Below are positions 62,928 to 64,000 of a stretch of DNA of 64,000 nucleotides, piece after piece. Positions within the stretch are counted from its first letter, which is position 1, and each line of letters begins with the position of its first letter. The notes beneath the pieces are model-generated. The model had not been told where the DNA came from. It saw only the letters and a list, made by a program, of their open reading frames with translations, and did not search any database. Source of the DNA: Squalus acanthias (taxonomy: Eukaryota); the NCBI GenBank assembly GCA_030390025.1, contig CM059433.1, positions 20,834,001-20,898,000 on the forward strand. The letters run 5' to 3'. The position numbers and the translations under genes are program-made.

Positions 62928-63562
62928 TCTTTAGTTTGTGTCACTAAACGTTATCTTTTCAATATGTTTTCTTGCCATTATCGGCGCACATCTTATGGAA
63001 AAGAAGTTCTTTCATTTGTTCAATAGTTTGTCAGAAACCACATTTTCTGTTGCTGGCTTTTAAGTGACTCGGTTTTTCTGGAAGTTCTTGCATTAGTCAG
63101 CAGAGAATATGCATCCTTGCTGACAAAGTTTTCTCAGTGACTCTTGCTGAAAGGAACCAATGCACATAAACAGTGAAAGTAATGCTGGATTACTGTTACA
63201 CTAAACTTTCATCAGTTGCTGGGTATAAGGATTTGCTTAGATCCTGAGGCAAACTACTGAGGTGATCCTCACTGTCCTGTCATGCTTGATTTCCACTCGG
63301 GTAATGATTTTTAGGGAGTTCTTTAGTTTCTTATGGTTATTGTGTTGATGTGACATTTGTTCTTTGCAGGTGTTTGGTAAAGCAGGTGTTGCTAAGGGTT
63401 TCTACAGGTCTGTAGGTCCAATTTTATTATTTCACTAATTTGAAATGTCAGACAAAACACAACAGTTACGGAGCTGTTTGATCCAATTCAATTCAACATA
63501 AAGTGGTCCAGAGATTGTTATGATCTGCCATCTTAACACTCCTGTTGACTTTGCCGTTATAT

Positions 63563-64000
63563 TGGGGGTAATGTTAACCCTCAAAAACAGGTGGGTTTGG
63601 GTCGGATGGGCTGTTAAAATGTCAAAAATCTCAAACCCGAACCCAACCCGTCTCGAACTCACCCACTTCCGGCTTTGATGTTGGATGGGGGTCGGTGGGC
63701 GGCCAACCCACTCCCAGTAGGCAGGTAGCTCATTGAAATATTTTAATGAGGCTGTGTGCTTCAGATTTATTTCCCTTCCAGCTTTAAAGCTGGCCAGCCG
63801 GGTTTCCCAGGCCTCGGGAAACCCGACAGCTGAAGGGAAGCGAGAACTTCTGGATGTAACAGGTAAGTGCTTTTCCAGCACTGCTTGTGGGCCAGGAGAA
63901 ACAGGAGTGTTTCCCCTGGGCCACCAAACTACCCTGTTAACCTCCCCGCTGATCAGACCCACTCCCCCGCGATCTGAAGCCCTCCCGATGTCTTCCACGG
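63563..64000. mobile_element. Harbinger-type MITE, runs off the window
   Basis: Start gggggtaatgttaacc..gtgggtttgggtcgg is the reverse complement of the 51010-51053 end. Confidence 0.7.

Noticed and set aside
63350..63415. Possible small host exon after ttgttctttgcag
   Set aside because: The acceptor looks plausible, but the donor is weak, the peptide is unrecognisable and no partner exons were found
63435..63998. 187-aa ORF (and similar ORFs at 57661, 50162, 4584)
   Set aside because: They lie in GC-rich MITEs or across repeat junctions, are not conserved between family copies and have no domain motifs

Overview
Repeat-dense vertebrate DNA, most likely from a cartilaginous fish (shark), inferred from the repeat families: CR1 LINEs with (TTCTTATG)n/(TTTCTATG)n tails, a DeuSINE of the SacSINE1 type, L2 tails and Penelope-type pLTR fragments. 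I found no convincing host protein-coding exon, so this looks like intergenic or deep intronic sequence. Main contents: (1) an ~11 kb same-strand cluster of CR1 copies (15062-26430), including a full-length element (19361-23986) with a tandem-monomer 5' UTR, an intact zinc-finger/esterase ORF1, an ORF2 broken by a single TGA, and a duplicated 3' UTR whose first copy is A>G-skewed; (2) a PIF/Harbinger set comprising a decayed HARBI1-like transposase (29962-31416), a Myb/SANT partner remnant (54405-54660) and about a dozen TIR-bearing MITEs; (3) five short Penelope-like inserts carrying minimal hammerhead-ribozyme cores, four with 12-13 bp target-site duplications; (4) many SINE, L2, hAT-like and second-family LINE fragments in nested arrangements. 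Family names come from recognised motifs, not database searches, and the boundaries of degenerate copies are approximate.
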